A stretch of 64,000 bases of DNA from Psammoneis japonica (Eukaryota), in contig QPGO01000014.1 of NCBI GenBank assembly GCA_008632985.1, positions 62,001-126,000 on the forward strand. The letters run 5' to 3'. This document shows positions 12,767 to 24,949 of this stretch, piece after piece (the first letter of the stretch is position 1; every line of letters begins with the position of its first letter). The notes below the pieces were generated by a model. That model was not told the DNA's origin, did not search any database, and was given only the letters and a program-made list of their open reading frames with translations. The position numbers were made by a program, and so were the translations under genes.

Positions 12767-13050
12767 GTGATATGAGAGAGAAAAAAGAAAAAAAAAGTAC
12801 CTAAGATAGATGCCCACTCCATCTACTCTCGTCTCTATAGTATTCTGTACTCTAGAGAGAGTAGTAGCAGCACAGGAGCAGGAGAGTAAAGAGCTAGAGT
12901 AGGGCCCTATCGTACTAAAAGCTGCCGTCAAGCTTGGAATAGAAAACAAAAGACTACTCTCAAGCCTACCTGTGTTGGCTTTGTAGGGATAGCTGGATAT
13001 CTCAGCAAGGGCCCTGTCATTGACAAACTTGCCACATACGTTGTCCCGTG

Positions 13051-15270
13051 TCATTCGGCAGGAAACAAGCACGACCTTCCAAACTCCACACCTTGCTTTG
13101 TCAAGAACAAATCCTCTTCCTCGAAAGCTGTTGCATCATTTATAGCAAATTCGTCACGCCTTTCGCCATATTGGAAAAGGCCGGACTTTCCTTGGCGAGA
13201 AATACCAATGAGGACAAGTGCTCGATTTCTGACCCCATCCTCTAGTTGCGGTAATTCCCAATTACGACAGACGTCACTGCTGATGGAGGTTTCCAATTCT
13301 CGAACTCTTGAGTACTCTTGAACAGACTCCACATCACGACCGACATAAGCTATTCGGACTGCCCATGACTCCCGTTCCATATTTCCAGGCATGAAGCTCC
13401 CCAGCAATTCACAGCTTGATTCGACGTTCGGAACTTCCGTCACGATTCGGACAGAGGCTTTCGGATTGTTAGTATTGAGAAACTTGAATGAATCACGTAC
13501 AATACGCTCCAAGAGTGCCGTGCCGTCCACTCCACCTCCAACCGCGTACAATGCAGGAGCTGTATGAGGATTGCAATGGAGCTTTTTCAGAGGTATTGCC
13601 ACAAAAGGAGGATTGGAGAGAATGCGATCGAACGTCAAGCTAGTAGCACCGTTCAAAAAGTTAGAAGTTGCACCAACAGGGCTTCCCTCCTGTGCTTTCC
13701 CACTAAAAGACAATGCTTCATACAAATCACTCCTCAGAACATGTACTTGCTTGGAATGGTCTTGATGCCTATATCCTCCGTCGCTAACACCGTTAAGAGC
13801 AAGATTTGCAACAACAAAATGAAGTGCACGTTCATTTACATCAGCAAGAACCATCTCATTGAATCCGCCCTCGCTAGAGGAGGGTGGATTGGAACAACAC
13901 CAAGCAAAGATGCCCTGAATGCCGCATCCGCAACACAAATCAAGCAGACGTTGATTGGCACCAGAATCGGCCGTACAATCCGCTGACAAGGCCATGAGCT
14001 CCAACGTGTCGTCGCCAACAGACATGATTGCATCCCGAGGCAGTCGTAGCGATTCCAGAGGCCAGTCTGTCATAAAAACGTAAGTATCTTCGTTCTCCGT
14101 GTCATATTCGTTGCTAATGCCAAAGAGATCTCGTTGACGGATAGGAAACACTTGAACTTCGCCCACAACATCTTTCGCGCAAGCAGGACTTGCAGTGACT
14201 AGTCCAGCCTCCTCAAGCACGCCCAACTGATCTCGACCAAGAACATTCTCGACAAGTTTTCTATTGACTGCCAGACCAAAAAGAAAAAGTCGTGCCAATA
14301 CTTGTAGTCCGTCAAAGCTATTCGAGTTTGAGGATTGTAGATTATCGGTTGCCAACTCAAGCCGGTATCGAAAGAACACATTTGCACTGAAGATACGCTC
14401 GGGATGGGATGCATTCTCGACCTCTCCATCACTGAGCAGGGATACCAAGATGGAACGACAGTTTCTATAGGTGTAGTCATGCTCTCGAAAAATGTTTCTT
14501 ACCATTTTTCCGGCTTTCCGAGCAGCCTCTGAAGCATGGTAGGACTCATTGCCGTTACTGGCGTTCCTCCATGGTCGTCGTTCAACCTGAAAAAACGCAC
14601 CAGTCGTTGGCAGATCGTCTAGGATAACGTTATTCCAAATGGTTGGTGTATAAGACCCATCTTTTTTGTGCAAACCCAACAAACGGACAGCATCTGTGAT
14701 TCGGTAGATGGGGCAAATTCTCATCCTCATCAGATTCGCGTAAAGACATTCTGACAAGTTGCTCGCTCGTTTGGTTGCAATCGCCCAGTCCAAGACAGAC
14801 TCCGCCAATTCATGAGCAAGCTCGTCGTCTAATTCGTCTAAGCGTTCACGAGAAAGTCCTTCCAACCAAACCGACAAATCGAATCCCAAATTACCAACAT
14901 CATCGACGAGCTGGTGTTGAAGGAGCTTGGAAAGAGCAATCCTCTTGTACATTTCGGCTATTTCTTCAAGAAGGCAGACTACTTGATCGGTGCTTTCGTC
15001 CTCTATCGCATTCTCTAGGAGCTTGACCAGGCTGCATAGATTGGCTAATGTTTCCTCATCATCCCTGCCGTACGAAGAATCAGCGCTCGCTTCTGACTGA
15101 CAAATTTTGTTTCGAAGAAAAGCAATGTTGCCCGAGTCTTCCATCTTATCGACTACATTCGAACTTTTCTGAGAGTCAGTACGAACATCTGACAAGGTTG
15201 AATGAATAAGTCGCCCCAGGAACTCGTTGTGTTGGCATTCGTCTGCTGTTTTGAGAGGTGTCATCGTCAT
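13051..15270 (-). CDS. Class I SAM-dependent N-methyltransferase (MTS/HemK-like) with long N-terminal extension
   Basis: 739 aa intronless ORF. Motif I LLDLCCGCGIQG, DVNERA, SDLY and motif IV FDRILSNPPF. Confidence 0.8.
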   Translation of the reverse strand: MTMTPLKTADECQHNEFLGRLIHSTLSDVRTDSQKSSNVVDKMEDSGNIAFLRNKICQSEASADSSYGRDDEETLANLCSLVKLLENAIEDESTDQVVCLLEEIAEMYKRIALSKLLQHQLVDDVGNLGFDLSVWLEGLSRERLDELDDELAHELAESVLDWAIATKRASNLSECLYANLMRMRICPIYRITDAVRLLGLHKKDGSYTPTIWNNVILDDLPTTGAFFQVERRPWRNASNGNESYHASEAARKAGKMVRNIFREHDYTYRNCRSILVSLLSDGEVENASHPERIFSANVFFRYRLELATDNLQSSNSNSFDGLQVLARLFLFGLAVNRKLVENVLGRDQLGVLEEAGLVTASPACAKDVVGEVQVFPIRQRDLFGISNEYDTENEDTYVFMTDWPLESLRLPRDAIMSVGDDTLELMALSADCTADSGANQRLLDLCCGCGIQGIFAWCCSNPPSSSEGGFNEMVLADVNERALHFVVANLALNGVSDGGYRHQDHSKQVHVLRSDLYEALSFSGKAQEGSPVGATSNFLNGATSLTFDRILSNPPFVAIPLKKLHCNPHTAPALYAVGGGVDGTALLERIVRDSFKFLNTNNPKASVRIVTEVPNVESSCELLGSFMPGNMERESWAVRIAYVGRDVESVQEYSRVRELETSISSDVCRNWELPQLEDGVRNRALVLIGISRQGKSGLFQYGERRDEFAINDATAFEEEDLFLTKQGVEFGRSCLFPAE

Positions 15271-15481
15271 CCATCACATACACAACACAAGCGCACTATT
15301 CGAACTACCGTATGCGTGGCGTGTGGCGTGTTTTTTGCAAGTTTGTGAGTCGTGGGTGGATCGCGAGTTCAGTCATGAGTCATCATCGTTTGACCAATTG
15401 ACCAGCTAGCTTTGCAACATCAGACGTGTCATTATCCTTAACTTAATTTCTACCGTAGAGCGCTTCGATTCCTTGGAGGTG

Positions 15482-16791
15482 TTAGATCTTATCCGTTGGT
15501 ACACTTGGTGGTGGCACAGGTACGATACTAATATTCTCAGCAGGAATAGGAATGGCATCTTCGTAAGCAACAGCTTGAGCAACGGGAGGTTCGGGTTCCG
15601 CCTCTGCCGGTGGCGCCGATGGTGATGTGTCTGGCGCAGAAGGCATTGGCGCAGAAGGCATTGGTGCATAGGCTGGTGGCCGGTCCATCTTTTCCAAAAG
15701 ACGACTCTTTCGTTGTTTAATGTAACCAATCAGCATAGGAACGCAAGCCAAAAAGATGACAATACCCCATGTGCGGTCCGATTTGACAGACACAGTCACA
15801 ATGTCGTCGTTGTCGGAAGATGCGGTAGCTTGGACTATAATGCATTCCATGTCATCGGTCTTAACCCGGCACGTGTTTGTATCGTCACAGGTCGTCAGAG
15901 GCACAAGACCCTCCAAGTTGTATGATGTGAGGTTCACGTCATAAGACACAACAGCTCTCCCACTTTTGGTGGACGCATTATCATAAATGACAACATACAT
16001 GTCCGTCTTTGGAACGGTATACGACAGGGATGCATTTTGATTGGCGCCAGCAAAACGCTGTAATATAGCCATCTTGTTCCGCTTTTGCTCATCTTCACGA
16101 TGCTCCCAAGACTGTAGTGTTTCCTCTCCGCGGAGCAACAGGAGTGTGAAGGAGCCCTTGGACTGCTCCATAGTTACGTTAATCGTCGAGCCCTTGTTAA
16201 GATAAAAGTAGTCGTACTGATAATCATGCCTCGACAATGAAATGTCAAAAGACTTTTTCAGGAATACTCGAGGTCCAGACAGTTTGGGGCATTTATGTTG
16301 CGACGCATACAAATTCACTCCATCATGATTCGAGTGAACTATCAATCGCTCAGTAAAGGCAGGTACCTTAATCCTGCGTGTTTCTCCATCATTGAGAGTC
16401 CAATCATCGTTCTTATGGGAAACAACCAACAGAATGACAAAGACGAAAACGGACAGAGCAATCCACTGTGCCATGCCGTACTTCCGTCCGAACAATGTGG
16501 CTGCCGCGCAACAGCAGCAGCAACAACACGTTGTTTTGAAGGTTTCGTCACAGCATTCCTCACAATCTTCATTCGAGTGGCTCTGATAATGATCATTGAA
16601 ACGCGGTCCATGCTGATACGACCCGGTATTCCAGCCACCACGGTTCGAATTCATCATTACGTGGTTTGTGTTGTCATACAGCCTGCTTCCTCCATGGTGG
16701 TTGTGGTGGTGATGACCTCCACCGCTAGGGCCCTAGAAGAAGACCATCCTCCTCCACCACCACCGTGATGGTGACCGCCACCGTGTACCAT
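15482..16791 (-). CDS. Two-TM protein with APD1-4-like lumenal domain; Gly/His-rich N-terminus separated by an 8-bp frameshifting insertion
   Basis: Main ORF 15482-16657 has YFYLNKGSTINV, two TMs and a Pro-rich tail. The upstream ATG at 16791 joins in frame if 8 bp at about 16726-16733 are removed. Confidence 0.7.
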
Positions 16792-18838
16792 GGTTCTTGT
16801 ATAATCCTCCTGCCGCTCTGAAACGTACCGTATTCTGAGCACCCACCACAGTATTCTTGGAAGAGTTCAGAGTGCGGAAGTGAGATCGAGAAAGGAGGTC
16901 AAGAGTAGAGCGAGGTCGTGGCCTTTTTTTATTTTGTACCCGCCCGACGCCTAATGGCGGATTCTTCGTGTCTGCCTGTCACCAGAAACTCCCTCCGACA
17001 CTAAATATAGATTTCTACGTGAACATATATTATCAAAACCCAGACGTTATCTCACCTCACAAAAATCGTGCGCTGAAGTGAAAAATGCAATCTTTTGTCC
17101 TGCTCGCAGTAGGTGTGTAGTGTGCCCAGTGTATGTTGTCCTTTCCGCTCGATCAAAGTTGTGTTTCATCAGTTGCAAGTACAGCATTGCAACGCGCTGA
17201 ACGAAAACTACTCGCATTGGAACGACAATATGGTTACATCTATCTAAACATGGAAGAACAAATTAATGCCATCAACTTTGTACTGGCCATGCTTGCAGAA
17301 AACGAGGGGAACGATATATGAAGCCTGTTGTCGTGGTGCTATTATGTCTTCTAGAGTAGCCTCCAAAGAAAGTTTTCGAGGGCAGTGCGAGGGAGATTGA
17401 CCAGAAAACTGGTGTGGCATGGCTCTCACGACTCACGAGAAATTGGACCTGCGCAGTTGTTTCTGACCAAAGCAAAATCGACCCATTGGAAAACGGAAAC
17501 ATCTCAAAATGATACACTTCATTGGAACCCATTGGTAACACACGATTCCAACTAAGCCCCTCCGTTGGAGACTTTCATGTGGTAAGGATCTGTCGATATC
17601 TAGCAGAATGCAACCAACAGCTCGAATATGGACTACGAGTATTTGGATAAGACATGGCTGGTGGCGCTCAGACCCCAGGTCCACGAGGAAAAGACTATAA
17701 GAAAAGATCTAAACGCGAATCCTGCGGATCCTGCTTAGAATCAAGCATGTGCAGCTTACGAGCTAATCACGTGGCTTACCGCTTACTGACCGCAATAGCG
17801 CGACACCACTCTCTCTAGAGAGAAGAAGAAACAAATTCTCCTCTCCAGAGGCGCACTCAGCTCCCTCCCTCTCTCTAGTTTCTACAATAGAGTCCTATCT
17901 TCAGACACTATAAGCGCACACAAGAAGTTGAAATCCCGATATCCAAAGCCTCCTCTATATTCCCCTATTATCCCTTTAGTCTTGTAGAAACCTAACCCTG
18001 CCGGCGTCCGCCAACTCTCAAAGTGCCTGGTCGTTTTCTCCAAGACATGCACAGAACTTCCCATCTCACTTCTCTGAGCCTTCTTTCTTGCTTTTCACCC
18101 CGTTAGTGATTCTGAAGACGAGAATCTGACGCTGCATCCAAGTCACAAAATGCTCACGACCATATCCCGCCTCAAATTGCCACTCGGTTCATTTTCCCAG
18201 TCACATTCCAGCTTTGAGTGGACTGGCTGTAGAAGACGGTTCCTTCTCCAATGTAGCACACGAGATGCCAAAAAGACTCTGGTAGTCGCAAGAACATATC
18301 GAGAATCTTGACCGCCGAATCACTCTCGTTCCCAAAAAGGACTCCCTTCTCATTTGGGAAGACGACAATGTTCATGTGGTTGCACCAATACAAACCTTTC
18401 TCCGCGTTTCGGAATTCCAAACGAAGTTCATGTTGTGATGGTCGTTGCCGCGAACACGACAAACCGAGCTTCGTCGCCAATGAGGCGGTTGAGAGCAAGG
18501 ATCGTCTCATCCTGGATACCCACGGCGTTCATCACGACTGTCGCACGGATGTTTTGGCTCGCCGTCATGTTCTTCACTACCTTGCTTCCGCTTTACCTTC
18601 AAAGTCTATTGATATGGCGAAAGGTCGCCACAAAAAGACAACAGCAACAACACTCAATCGATGCGATCTTTGCCGATTTTTGGTCATGCATTTGCTCGCA
18701 AACTCACATTTTTGGGAAACCTCGCGACCTCGCATGGGCAGAGCAGTGGAGTGCGCAGAATGCGGTGGACTTGGCAATGGCGCTGATATGCCTTGCTGAA
18801 GCGTTTAGTTGCGGTAGCAAAATCGACTGAACAACGCC

Positions 18839-19460
18839 ATGTTGTATGGGAGGAAAAATCTCAATATCCATAATCACCAGCCAAAATTACGAGGTAGAGG
18901 ATGCAATGAATGTTACCGACATGCTCAATGCCGCTACTTCGACGAACGAAACCATCAACAGCGCCGTGATCACCCCCATCACCACCGGCAGAATGATGAA
19001 CCTGAGTTAGAGCCTTTGACAGACTACTATGATACTCTGAATTCGTCGTCATATCAACGACAACAAGCAACAGAAGGGCAAACTCAAAGTCCTTCGAGCC
19101 GTCGACCAGAAGACAATTTAATAGCGTGTCTCTGCGTCGTCCTCATTCTCGTTGTGATATTGTTGGGCACCAGCGAACTTTGGATTGGTCTCCTGGTGGA
19201 GTTTGAAGCAGCGGGTCGAGCATTGGTTCCTCTTGTCCTGATTCTCTTTATGCTTTGTTGTGTCTTGTGTTGCACTAGACCTGAAGAACCTCAGCACAGG
19301 CAGAAACGACAAACACCCGACGCCGCCAACAAAATCAATCCACAAACACAGATACTACAGCTTCAATACCGGGAGTCATGTGTATTCCTCACAAGAAGGT
19401 ATTCAAAACGATGAATCCATCCCGTTTGCTGAAGCACAACTGATCAACCCAGCAATGTGA
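18839..19460 (+). CDS. Small two-TM hypothetical protein (possible frameshift near the 3' end)
   Basis: ORF 18839-19414 has two hydrophobic segments followed by a Cys cluster. An overlapping frame ends IPFAEAQLINPAM at 19460. Confidence 0.45.
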
Positions 19461-20165
19461 AACGTGAAACGAACCGTTTGTCTGGCAATCGCTACCATGG
19501 GCAGAGCATCATTAAGATAGAGCAACCTGATCTCAATAAAGAGAGAACAATGAAAGAATCGACGAGGTGGTCATATGATGGAAGACTTAGTGGTCCTACA
19601 TAAGAATGATGAGAACTCAAATGTGACCGCGAATCTTAACGTTTCTTCTTCATATTCGTGCTCCGTCATTGATTTAGGACGTCAAAGTCCAGCTTGTGAG
19701 GTTTTCGGTGAGATCGAGCTGAACTCCATGCTTTCCAATCGCCGACACTTCCTCGCGACGCCAGAGATCGCTCATCGCATCGGGATTCACTTTAGGAAGC
19801 AACCGCAGGAACTTTTTCACATTCTCTCGATTTTCAAGCATAAAGTCTAAAGCTGCTATTACTTAAGCATGACATTCACGGACTCTCGGAGCATTGACAG
19901 CGTGCGGCAACGTGTGCCATGTTGTTGCCACGATCATAATATCTGGACCTACAATAGTACGTTAAACCAGAAAAGCTCAAGAGCAAATTTGAAATTTTCA
20001 AAATTCTCCCTCCGACGTTGCCCTGTGTCCGCTTCGGAGATGAACGGACGTGGCGTGCGGTGGACGGGGACGCCGCCGCTCCCCTGCCCTCCTCGCTGCA
20101 ATACACTCTACAGGGTTAGCTTTATTGCATTGTTGTTTGTGTTTACCAAAGCAGGTTTAACAAAA

Positions 20166-21221
20166 ATGGCGGCTCTTGCAGCAGCCGATAAGGCCAAGGA
20201 AGAAATGGAAGCGGCAAGGGTTCAAGTTATGGAATGTGAGAAGGAAATTCAGGGAGTCAAAACGGCGCTCAGACAATTAGGCACCGGTGACGAAGGAGCC
20301 GCTCCCAACTCTCTCGAGTTTGCAGCCATCAAGGTATGTGTGCAGCACTGGCGAAAGTCTCATACGAATTTAAAAAGACTATTCTTTCTCACTCGCTCTT
20401 TGTTTTTGTTCACGTGCTCACGCAGACGGCAGGTTTTCCCACGGGCGCGCAGCCTTCGTTTGTGTTACAGCTGAGTTCACCCGTGGAGGAAGCAACCATT
20501 ACAGACGTCTTGGACGAAGATGACAAGGATCAAGAGGGTATAACGGTCACCTTTAATCAGGTGGAAATGTCGACTGCCACGATTGTCATGACAGCTAAGG
20601 ATATGGATATTCCAATGGGAGTCTCGACGGCTCATGATGTTGCAGCAATGTGTCCGTTTGACGCTATGAGCGCAAAGGAAGAGTATGTTTCAGAATACGA
20701 CGTAGAGTGCTTTGCAGAAGGAGGTGACGCAAAGAAAACGAATCAGAGCCAGAATCCAAGGAGGAAGATGCAACAAAGAAAAAGAGGAACCGGCAGAGGA
20801 AAAAGAGGAAGCATCTTCATCAAAGACCACCCCGCTTTGTACCGTCACGTTGCGTGTCACGTACAAACCATCCATCAAGGACAAACGCGAAGAACTCTAT
20901 GATGTTCTCAACAAGGCGAGTCAGCGCAAGGCACAAGCCATTGATCGACTACGAAAGAGCGCAACTGCCGTATCGCGTGCAGGACCGACGACGTCCACGG
21001 CGGTCACGACGACCTCCCGCAGTGGTCCCGCTGTCAAGTCTGGCTTTCTCAACAAGAAAAAGAAGCGCAGCAAGGCCATGGAGGTATATGATAGGACTTT
21101 GGGACCAAACTCGTTTATCCGCAGATTCGTTCCTGCTGCCAAGGACTACATTATCTTTTTCGGGGCTGCGGCATTCCTTCATTTCAAGGGTCACTTGTTG
21201 GCATTGCCTGCTCCCGTTTAA
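20166..21221 (+). CDS. Hypothetical coiled-coil, tail-anchored protein
   Basis: ATG at 20166, GT-AG intron 20334-20425. A continuous reading needs one extra A in each of two A-runs near 20731 and 20774 (probable assembly errors). C-terminal TM YIIFFGAAAFLHF. Confidence 0.7.
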
Positions 21222-21279
21222 GATGAAACATCACTCATCTGCATAAGTCACTAGAATGCATTTTTTTAATCAAAACCTT

Positions 21280-22305
21280 TATTTAGTAAGGGAACGATCC
21301 ATTGGGCCTTTCCCGTCCTGGCGGGAGCCATCCGATGTTGCTATGGCTTTGCCGCCCCACATTGCTTGTGCAAGTGCTGCGCCATTGTCGTCGTTTTCAC
21401 AGTCCTTGACCAGCCACCTGATGTCCGGGTGCAGAAGGCATGAGCTTGGACTCAGCCTGGGCTTCCACAGCCATTCTAGATGCAACAGGCAAACCAGTCT
21501 CAACTTGAAAGTCATTCTTGTTCCTCAGGAGCTTCAACGCACCCTTTGCCCACAAGCGGGGGTGGCCAACAACTGGTGGCAGCCCTTGTGACTTTGTTTG
21601 AACAACTGGCAAGGCAAGCCTGGCTCCAACTGGTGCTGCTGAATGTTCACTCTCAAGAGTTTGCTGGTGATGGCATTCTGTGGTGACTGCTGCAGGATTG
21701 CAGCAATGTGGTGTGGGCAGTGCACTTGCTTGTGGGAACAAGCTGCACATGCTGCGCCGAGCACTTGAAGTGATGTGGTGGGTCATCCACAGACCATGTT
21801 TTGCACCACATTCCCACAGATGCTTGCACCTGGGAGTCTGCTCTTGTTGAGCACTGGTGGTGCTGCTGTGCACTTGGCCTCATTCTCATTGTCAGAGCTG
21901 TCTGGGAGAGGCTTGAGAGGGTTTTCACAAGTGCAAGGCTTGTCCCCATGTGTCTTGCCAGCTGACAAGATGCCCCACTTTCTCACCTTTTGGAAGATGA
22001 GGTGTGAGCTTCAGCTGCGATCATTGAAGCACATGCGAGCAATTGTCAAAGAAGCAGCTGATGTGTTGTGCCCATTTTTTTGTCACTTTAGAGCTGAAAT
22101 GGAGCAACACTTTTGAGATGCCAAGCATGATTTGACACTTTTGTGATGCCAAACACAATTTGATTTGGATTGACGCTGTTTCAAGAGTGCATTTTTTGCA
22201 GACACATGGGCGTGCATTGAAGCGGTGGGTTCGGGGGTCAAAAACTCCAATGCGTGACCCCCAAGTGTTCCACCATCTCAAAGCATCAAAAATGCCCAAG
22301 TGCAC
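21280..22305 (-). mobile_element. Degenerate LINE (Ambal-like) fragment ending at the start of RNase H
   Basis: Minus-strand ...AQAMWGGKAIATSDGS.. resembles the RNase H 'AVSDGS' motif of diatom non-LTR elements. TpA/CpG depleted. Confidence 0.65.
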
Positions 22306-23236
22306 GTAGAGCTACTCTAGCTAGAGTAGACTGGCAGCTGTGGAAAGGGTGGTGCGCTCGGCACAGGACCCCTCTAAATGTGCTGAGAACATGCTCGCCG
22401 ATCGTGCGGATTAAGTACAGACGATTGTCGCGTTGATAACGGCTACCGTTAATGTCATGGCATCTGCCTTACGTAAAATAGGGCAACGTCATTAACAGGC
22501 AATTGCCCATCGTTTATAGAGGTACTTAATTTTTTATCTGGATACGAATAAGATTATGATTCTTAAAGAAAGCATTCCGAAGAAGCATTCTCTGATGGCC
22601 GTACTTAACATATAAGAATCCTTTCTCGTGTTGAAATCGGGTGCGAACTTCAAATGTCAAACACCTAATTAATTTTCTCGATTACGTTAAATTTTCTGCG
22701 ATCTCAACTTGATGAAGAATCCCAGAAAGATGAAGGCCTTTGGCCACGTCGCTTCAAACAAACTTACGTCAGGATGAATTTGCAAGTACAAAAAGGACGT
22801 ATGTTGGAATTGTACCAAGTTTTACGAGGACATTATTTAAGGGTATGTAGAATTGAATCGTTTCAATATTTACGTAGCCTTGTATGGAGCGCTATGTAGA
22901 ATTGACTCTTCTGATTGGGTCATGTCAGCTGGGGGGTTCTCTCATGAAAAAAATCCAACGGATAATTGATTCAAAAGAATCCATTCTTTAGAGTTCTATA
23001 AATTAACTGGGTTCTATTGTAGGCTAAATATCTATCATCACGCATACGTGGCGTGGCTCTTCATTCGTTTTGCGTTTCTCTGCGCGTGATTTTCGATGTA
23101 CCAGACGCAACGAGAGACCCACGTGAACCTCCTCTCAACGATCCTGCTCTTTCGTGAATCTCCTCAGATTTTCTCTCAATCGAAATCTCATCATCAAAAT
23201 CAACTGCTGTTACATATCTTTCTCTTGTCCAGGGCA

Positions 23237-24142
23237 ATGAATCGTCTATCCGCATCGACAGAGAATAACAGTAACAACAACCGTGTAAAAATGAGCAGAT
23301 GTTTGAAGGATGGTTGCCATCAAGTGAGCATGACCAATATGGAACTCGCTCGAGCAGCCGATGCCTCGTATGCCTTACACCACTCCGAGGACTCCATAGA
23401 CATCGATAAGCCTCATAAGAACCCACTCGGGGCAAGTGGTGTTCGATTTAACCTACGTAAGAGGAGTGTGACGTCCATCGACAGGCCAAAGGGGGCCATG
23501 TCGTCGGCATACAACTCCGCCTTTTTGTCGGGTCTTTTTGCTGATATCGCCAACGCTACTAACAACGAAGAGCAAGACCCTCGACTGAACGAGGGAGCAT
23601 CTATCAAGAAGAGCCGCACCTCCATGACGCGCTCGTTCAGCCGTTGCCACCAATCCTACCATAACCTCGCCGAAGTCATTTCACCACCCAACTCACCTGG
23701 CGCTGCCCCGTCTGCTGACACTGTGCGCGCTGAAGATGATGACGACCAGGTGGAACACACAATCTCAAGGGAAAACTCGCTGTCTTATCAACTACACTGT
23801 GTATCAAGCTCGTCGAGCGATGAAGACAGCGTCAAGGCAACTCCTACCACTGACTTTTGCAAGCTTGCATTTCCGAATCTGCCTGCGACCGTCAGTGATC
23901 AAGATCTAACTCGTATGCTCCATAGCCGGACCGCATCCGAAACTTCCAAAGAGACCTATGGTTGGTTTGTCGAGATGGACGCAGATGACGTTGACACCAA
24001 CACCAATGCGTACAAGTCGTCCGATGAGGACGATCTTGCCTTCTCTGCACCAACTGCCCCCAAGACCTCTACCATGGATGACCAAGTCGAATGGGCGAAA
24101 GCCGCCGACACGGTCGACGATGTGCTTGGAGACTTCTTCTAA
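23237..24142 (+). CDS. Hypothetical Ser-rich protein with YGWFVEMD motif
   Basis: Long open frame with normal codon usage ending WAKAADTVDDVLGDFF. Start codon uncertain (23096-23330). Confidence 0.7.
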   Translation: MNRLSASTENNSNNNRVKMSRCLKDGCHQVSMTNMELARAADASYALHHSEDSIDIDKPHKNPLGASGVRFNLRKRSVTSIDRPKGAMSSAYNSAFLSGLFADIANATNNEEQDPRLNEGASIKKSRTSMTRSFSRCHQSYHNLAEVISPPNSPGAAPSADTVRAEDDDDQVEHTISRENSLSYQLHCVSSSSSDEDSVKATPTTDFCKLAFPNLPATVSDQDLTRMLHSRTASETSKETYGWFVEMDADDVDTNTNAYKSSDEDDLAFSAPTAPKTSTMDDQVEWAKAADTVDDVLGDFF

Positions 24143-24949
24143 GCACAGTGCTATCGTATGTGTGATTTGGGATTCACACCTGAAGCACCGCTACATTTCC
24201 TTTATCTCTACACATTTCACATCTTCTACGAAAACCTACAAAAATTCCGCACTCTCTACCTCCACCAACGCTACATACCAAGAACACGCACCTTCATACA
24301 TAATTCCCCCCCATGGCTTATTTTGGGGGGGCGCTTTTCTTCAAGCAAGCATGCTTCCTACACTTACATGGAAGCCTACATTCTTGGCAAGTTCAATCAC
24401 TGTTTCCTTGACCGCCGATCAAAGGCCCTAAGACGGACTACCGTCACTTTACACATTATCTCTCAAGGGATTGCAAACATTGCAGCTACTCTAGATTGTT
24501 CTTGTCGACAACGCACTCGAGTTTTTATAACCCGAATGCAATTAAGTATTTAAATTTTGAATGCATTCTACAATACATAGCACGGTATTTATTTCTGACT
24601 AGTTCCTGTTGATTCGTCTTTAGTGCAAGGGCAAGGGTTAGTCACGTTTATGACTGGCAAAAAGGAACGTCCACTCTACTAGAGTAGAGTGCGGTATCGG
24701 GAAGAGACTTCTCGCCCTCGAATCGAATTCGTTTCAAAGTCAAGTTCAAAACTTAGCTCCTGCGAGTTAAGCCTAATAAGGCTTCCATTTCTGAACTAGC
24801 CCTACATCATCTTGGATTAAGCTTCGATTGACATTGCATTCCGAAGGAAGAACGAAACAGCTGCGTTATTTATGAAACTACGTGCGTCAGCATACGTGGC
24901 GCTGAAGCATTCCTTTCTTCGTCTCTGGACATGACATACGAAGAACACA

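Noticed and set aside
17133..18830. Short ORFs as a gene or pseudogene
   Set aside because: No recognisable motif or consistent exon structure.
20725..20780. Programmed frameshifting or pseudogene in the 20166-21221 gene
   Set aside because: Both shifts sit in short A-runs and one added A at each restores a sensible acidic linker. Most likely homopolymer assembly errors.
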